A DNA stretch of 64,000 bases from Candidatus Hydrogenedentota bacterium. Lineage in GTDB: Bacteria > Hydrogenedentota > Hydrogenedentia > Hydrogenedentales > SLHB01. Shown here one piece after another: positions 59,286 to 64,000 of the stretch. The notes beneath the pieces were generated by a model. It was given only the letters and a program-made list of their open reading frames with translations. It was not told where the DNA came from and made no database searches. The stretch lies in NCBI GenBank assembly GCA_963745075.1, contig CAVUWV010000001.1:32001-96000 (forward strand). The letters are read 5' to 3'. Both the position numbers and the translations under genes were made by a program. Position 1 is the first letter of the stretch. Every line of letters begins with the position of its first letter.

Positions 59286-61274
59286 ATGAGTTACTTCGTC
59301 ACCGGAGCCACCGGATTCATCGGGCGCAATTTGTTAGAACGCCTGGTCAAGCGCAAGGGGACAATCTACTGTCTCGTCCGCAAGGGGTCCGAGCATAAAC
59401 TCGACGCCTTGCGGAAGCGGCTGGGCGTGAAGGCCGATCGCATCGTCGCGGTAAAAGGCGACATCGAGAAACCGCTCTGCGGCCTTCGCAAGGAGGACGT
59501 TACGAAACTTCGCGGGAGGGTCAACCACTTCTTCCACCTCGCCGCCATCTACGACATCATGTGCGAAGACGAAGCCCGGCACACCGCTGCCAACGTCGAA
59601 GGCACGCGTCATGCCGTGGAACTCGCCCACGCGATCAAAGCCGGTCATTTTCAATATGCCAGTTCGACCGCCGTCGCCGGCATGTTTCCGGGATACTGGC
59701 GCGAAGATATGTTTGACGAAGCCGAGAATTTCCATCATCCCTACTTCCGCAGCAAACATGCCGCTGAGGGCGTCGTCCGCTCCGAGTGCAAGATTCCGTA
59801 CCGGATCTACCGGCCGGGCATCGTCGTCGGCGACTCGAAGACGGGGGAGACCGACAAAGCTGACGGTCCATACTACGCGTTCAAGTTTCTGCAGAAGGTC
59901 CGCAACGCGCTGCCCGCCTGGGTGCCCCTCGTCGGACTCGAAGGTGGACGCATCAACATCGTGCCCGTCGATTTCGTCGCGGACGCGATGGACCATCTCG
60001 CCCACAAGCGCGGACCGAATGGCCAGTGCTTTCACCTGACCGATCCCGACCCGTACCGGGCGGGCGAAGTGCTCAACATTTTCGCCGACGCCGCCCACGC
60101 GCCCCAGTTCGTCATGCGGATCAACTCGCGCATGCTGGACCTCATCCCGCGCGGACTTCGTGAAGGTATTATGGGACTGCCGCCCATCCGTCGAATCATC
60201 GATACCGTGCTCGGGGATTTGGGCATTCCCTACGAAGTGTTCTACTACCTGGGCTACCCCACCCGCTTCGACTGCCGGGACACGGAGGAAGCCCTGAAGA
60301 AGTCGGGAATCGCGTGCCCCCCGTTGGAAAGTTACGCGCCGAAGATTTGGGACTACTGGGAACGCCACCTGGACCCGGACCTCTTCCGGGACCGGAGTCT
60401 GGGCGGTGCCGTGCGCGGCCGGGTTGTCGTGGTAACGGGGGCGTCCTCGGGCATTGGCCGGGCGTCCGCCCACAAGATCGCCGCGGCCGGCGCCAAGACG
60501 ATTCTCGTCGCGCGCAACCAGGACGGACTCGAACTCGTCCGCAAGGAGATCGAGGACAAGGGCGGCGAGGCGTACGTGTACACCGCCGACCTCTCAAACA
60601 TGGACGAGTGCGACAAGGTGATGGATGTGATCCTGAAGGAACACGGGGCCGTCGACATCCTCGTGAACAACGCCGGGAAATCCATTCGCCGCTCCATCAA
60701 ACAGTCCTACGACCGCTTCCACGACTACGAGCGCTTGATGCAACTCAACTACTTCGGTGCGATCCGCCTGATCATGCGCGTCCTTCCCGGCATGGCGGAA
60801 CGCCGTCGCGGCCACGTGATCAACGTCAGCACCATGGGCGTCCTGGCGAACCCGCCGCGATTTTCCGCGTATGTGGCGTCCAAGTCCGCGCTGGACGCAT
60901 TTTCCCGTTGCGCGCAAGCCGAGTATTTGGACAAAGACATCAATTTCACCACCATCAGCATGCCCCTCGTACGGACCCCCATGATCGACCCCACGGGCCT
61001 CTACGAAAACGTGCCGGCCCTTTCCGCCGACGAAGCCGCCGACATGGTCGTCAATGCGATTGTGGACAAGCCGCGCCGCATCGCGACCCGCCTCGGCGTA
61101 TTCGCACAGGTCATGCATACTGTGCTCCCAAACGTCGCGTTGGTAATTCTGAACACCGCCTACAAACTGTTCCCCGACACCGGCGGTCCCAGGGACAAAG
61201 AGGCCGCCATCGAAGCGCCGCCGTCTACCGAGGCCGTCGCGTTTGCATCGCTCATGCGCGGGATCTATTGGTAG
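59286..61274 (+). CDS. Two-domain SDR oxidoreductase (fatty acyl-CoA reductase-like)
   Basis: TGATGFIG..HLAAIYD..YFRSK plus TGASSGIG..NNAGKSIRR..YVASK..MPLVRTPMI. Confidence 0.88.
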   Translation: MSYFVTGATGFIGRNLLERLVKRKGTIYCLVRKGSEHKLDALRKRLGVKADRIVAVKGDIEKPLCGLRKEDVTKLRGRVNHFFHLAAIYDIMCEDEARHTAANVEGTRHAVELAHAIKAGHFQYASSTAVAGMFPGYWREDMFDEAENFHHPYFRSKHAAEGVVRSECKIPYRIYRPGIVVGDSKTGETDKADGPYYAFKFLQKVRNALPAWVPLVGLEGGRINIVPVDFVADAMDHLAHKRGPNGQCFHLTDPDPYRAGEVLNIFADAAHAPQFVMRINSRMLDLIPRGLREGIMGLPPIRRIIDTVLGDLGIPYEVFYYLGYPTRFDCRDTEEALKKSGIACPPLESYAPKIWDYWERHLDPDLFRDRSLGGAVRGRVVVVTGASSGIGRASAHKIAAAGAKTILVARNQDGLELVRKEIEDKGGEAYVYTADLSNMDECDKVMDVILKEHGAVDILVNNAGKSIRRSIKQSYDRFHDYERLMQLNYFGAIRLIMRVLPGMAERRRGHVINVSTMGVLANPPRFSAYVASKSALDAFSRCAQAEYLDKDINFTTISMPLVRTPMIDPTGLYENVPALSADEAADMVVNAIVDKPRRIATRLGVFAQVMHTVLPNVALVILNTAYKLFPDTGGPRDKEAAIEAPPSTEAVAFASLMRGIYW

Positions 61275-61555
61275 GCTGTATTCTACCGGTTCAAATTCCG
61301 AGCCACTCTTCATTTCGTAATCGTGCTCGTAATCGTTATCGTAATCGAAAGAGTGAGACCGCGTGTGAGAACAACAGCGACATCAGGGACACAAGATCTA
61401 CCCGCAAGCAAAGCCGTGTAGTATTCATTCTTCGCGGTTCCCGAACGCAAGGCAATCACACCATGGGCTACGAAATCTCCCTATTGTCCCTCGCTCTTTG
61501 CAAGGTACTCACGAAATCCTAATACGAATACACTACAAAGGAGGACATCACCGCG

Positions 61556-62548
61556 ATGGAATACCGTCTTCTCGGAAAATCTGACCTGAACGTACCCGTC
61601 GTGTCATTCGGCGCTTGGGCTTTGGGCGGCTGGATGTGGGGTGGCACCGACGATGCCGCAGGCATCCGCGCGATTCACCGTGCCATCGATGAAGGCATCA
61701 CCTTGATCGATACCGCGCCCACCTACGGCATGGGCCACAGCGAACGCGTCGTGGGACAGGCCATCAAAGGCCGGCGGGACGACGTGCTCATCGCGACGAA
61801 GTGCGGCATCCGCTGGGACCTGGAAGGCGAGCATGAAGGAATGAAGACCCGCACCAATGAGGGCAATGAAGTGACACTGGTCCGGAATCTCACGCCGGAG
61901 TCGATCTTCCACGAAGTGGATCAAAGCCTGCAGCGTCTTGGAATCGATCGGATCGACCTCTACCAATGCCATTGGCCGGACCCCAACACGCCGATTGCGG
62001 AAACCATGGACGGCCTGTTGGAGGTTCAGAAGCAGGGCAAGGTACGCGCCATCGGCGTCAGCAATTTCACCGTGGAAATGATGCAGGAGTGCGTGAAGAA
62101 AGGGGCCATCGCAAGCGATCAGCCCCCGTACAACGCCCTCGAACGCCAAATCGAGAAGGACGTTTTGCCCTTCTGCGCGGACCAGCAAATTGGCGTCCTC
62201 GCCTACAGTCCCATCGCCCAGGGCCTCATGACCGGCAAGGTCACGCCGGACCGCACATTCAACGAGGGCGACGCGCGGGCCAAGAAGCCCTGGTTTTCGG
62301 TGGAAAACCGGAAGCGCATCCTGGCCATGTTGGAGAAGATCACGCCCATCGCGGACGCGCACGATGCGACGCTGGCCCAAATCGCCACGCGATGGGTCAT
62401 CGACCAACGTGGTATTACCACGGCCATCGTGGGCGCGCGGGACGAGCATCAGGTCGCGGAAAACGCGAAAGCCGGGTCAATCACGCTCTCGACCGACGAA
62501 TTGGCCACGATTCGTGCCGCTGTTGAGGAATTGGGCGACCCTGTCTAA
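61556..62548 (+). CDS. Aldo/keto reductase
   Basis: IDTAPTYG, IATKCG, IDLYQCHWPD, IGVSNF, AYSPIAQG. Confidence 0.95.
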   Translation: MEYRLLGKSDLNVPVVSFGAWALGGWMWGGTDDAAGIRAIHRAIDEGITLIDTAPTYGMGHSERVVGQAIKGRRDDVLIATKCGIRWDLEGEHEGMKTRTNEGNEVTLVRNLTPESIFHEVDQSLQRLGIDRIDLYQCHWPDPNTPIAETMDGLLEVQKQGKVRAIGVSNFTVEMMQECVKKGAIASDQPPYNALERQIEKDVLPFCADQQIGVLAYSPIAQGLMTGKVTPDRTFNEGDARAKKPWFSVENRKRILAMLEKITPIADAHDATLAQIATRWVIDQRGITTAIVGARDEHQVAENAKAGSITLSTDELATIRAAVEELGDPV

Positions 62549-62597
62549 CGTTACAACCCTTGACAATCCCCAATATGAAGTTAACCGAGGAGAAATC

Positions 62598-63800
62598 ATG
62601 CGATATCTGGCGTGTTTTGCCCTGATCGTTGCGGCGGCCGGCGCCGAGGACAACGTACTGTTCGGCCCCTACATCCAGAACGTGCAGACCGAACAAGCCA
62701 CGGTCGTCTGGATCACGTCGGACAACAGCGTCACCCTGGAAGGCGGGGACCAGCCTGTCACCCGCGAGGACTACCAGATGCATTCCGTGCGCTTCGATCA
62801 CCTCAAGCCGAACACGGAGTACACATATACCCTCGACAACGGCCTTAAAGGCAAGTACCGCACGGCGCCCGAAGGCAGCGCGAATTTCCGGTTCGTGGTA
62901 TACGGCGACAACCGGTCCCAGGAGGACGTGCATCAGCAAATCGTTGATCAGATTCGCAAACAGGAGAACGTCAGCCTCGTGTTGAATACCGGCGACCTCG
63001 TGCGGAGCGGGAGCGTTCTCGACGACTGGAAGAGTTTCTTCCGGGCAGCGGGACCGCTCATGGCTGAGACCTATTACATGCCGTGCCTGGGCAATCACGA
63101 GGACAACGCCGACGAGTATTTCGACTTCTTCGACCTGCCGGGTAACGAAGAACATTTCAGTTTCAACTGGGGCGGAGTCCATTTTGTTGCACTGAACACC
63201 GAAGCGCCGGACGTTCCCGACGGCATCGATGAGAGCGCCGAGACGAGTCTGTGGAATTCGGAGATCATGTGGAACTACTTCGCCCGGCAGCGCAAGTGGT
63301 TGGATCAGGATCTCCAGCACAACTACGGCGCGGACTTCCTCGTGGTGTACTTCCACGTGCCCATGTACGACACCAAGCTCTCGCGCCGCGAACCCCAGAT
63401 CGAGATCCGGCGGGCGTTCGCGGACATCCTCGAGAAGCACAAGGTCGAACTCGTGTTGAACGGCCACACCCACAACTACCAGCACCACCGCAAAGGCATG
63501 ACGCACTTCATCGTCACCGGCGGCGGCGGCGCGCCCCTCTACGATCTCGGCGATACGCTGGGCCCGGAGACAAACGGTGTCGAGATCGTGAAGCAGGAAA
63601 AGGTCCATCACTTCCTGGTCATCGACAAGGACGGCTGGCTGCTTCGCGTCAAGGCGATTCGGGTGGACGGCACGCCCATCGAGGAATTCACGGTAGAATC
63701 GCAAGCCGGTGCGCGCTTGGTCGACCGGCGGCTCGACGCCATCGGCGGGTTGCCCTGGGCCGGCAAGGCCCGCGAAAAAGCAGCGGCCGCAAATCACTGA
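62598..63800 (+). CDS. Secreted metallophosphoesterase (purple acid phosphatase-like)
   Basis: FN3-like N-domain; YGDNR, TGDLV, GNHE, FHVP, NGHTHNY. Confidence 0.92.
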   Translation: MRYLACFALIVAAAGAEDNVLFGPYIQNVQTEQATVVWITSDNSVTLEGGDQPVTREDYQMHSVRFDHLKPNTEYTYTLDNGLKGKYRTAPEGSANFRFVVYGDNRSQEDVHQQIVDQIRKQENVSLVLNTGDLVRSGSVLDDWKSFFRAAGPLMAETYYMPCLGNHEDNADEYFDFFDLPGNEEHFSFNWGGVHFVALNTEAPDVPDGIDESAETSLWNSEIMWNYFARQRKWLDQDLQHNYGADFLVVYFHVPMYDTKLSRREPQIEIRRAFADILEKHKVELVLNGHTHNYQHHRKGMTHFIVTGGGGAPLYDLGDTLGPETNGVEIVKQEKVHHFLVIDKDGWLLRVKAIRVDGTPIEEFTVESQAGARLVDRRLDAIGGLPWAGKAREKAAAANH

Positions 63801-63847
63801 CAGGGACGGATACGGAGCGGGCGAACACGGACCTACTCGGACTGCTA

Positions 63848-64000
63848 CTAGGCCATAGTATTGTTTTCGGCGACGACTTTGGCGGATTCGTCGATGGCCA
63901 GTGTGTTTTCTTTGCCGGCGCCGAGGGTGCAGGCGCGGATGGAGTTGACTTGGCCCGAGCCGGTCCAGCGGACGGCGGAGGGCATGAGCTTCTCGTCGCG
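63848..64000 (-). CDS. C-terminus of a gene entering from beyond the window
   Basis: Open frame RDEKLMPSAVRWTGSGQ...ENNTMA* with core-like codon usage. Confidence 0.55.
   Translation of the reverse strand, partial: RDEKLMPSAVRWTGSGQVNSIRACTLGAGKENTLAIDESAKVVAENNTMA

Noticed and set aside
53695..63797. Long antisense or alternate-frame ORFs (e.g. 54550..55617, 55482..56723, 59334..60473, 60314..61522, 62481..63797)
   Set aside because: Shadow ORFs of high-GC genes with clear family motifs in another frame or strand.

Overview
Bacterial genomic DNA. Gene content (FGE-sulfatase lipoproteins, planctomycete-type ECF/kinase pair, TM+basic C-terminal tails) suggests Candidatus Hydrogenedentes or a PVC-like lineage; this is inference only. 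About 1-51.7 kb is accessory DNA punctuated by three identical 40-bp copies of the 3' half of an initiator-type tRNA-Met gene (14634, 46341, 51643). These look like att scars of tandem islands, and the intact tRNA is not in the window. 1-32.8 kb is a cluster of general-stress-type genes (dodecin x2, CsbD, entericidin x3, DUF883-like, DUF1469, lmo0937-like, DUF3309, AI-2E, rubrerythrin, PPK2, type IIIA H+-ATPase, OmpA-vWA, radical SAM) plus a PAS histidine kinase, an OmpR-family regulator and an Rcp1-like receiver. The strongest unannotated signal is a promoter architecture repeated 10 times across this cluster: 3-4 TTTRCC-like hexamers at 11-bp phase, followed 9 bp later by a -10-like hexamer. 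It suggests a self-contained, OmpR-driven stress regulon. 33-46 kb holds an IS-bracketed ECF sigma / Ser-Thr kinase-WD40 / surface lipoprotein module. 46.4-51.7 kb is a decayed defence/toxin island (IS200 fragment, RHS fragment, truncated PglW-like NERD-kinase). 52.5-64 kb is intact, core-like metabolic genes. No CRISPR, rRNA, intact tRNA or reverse transcriptase was seen.
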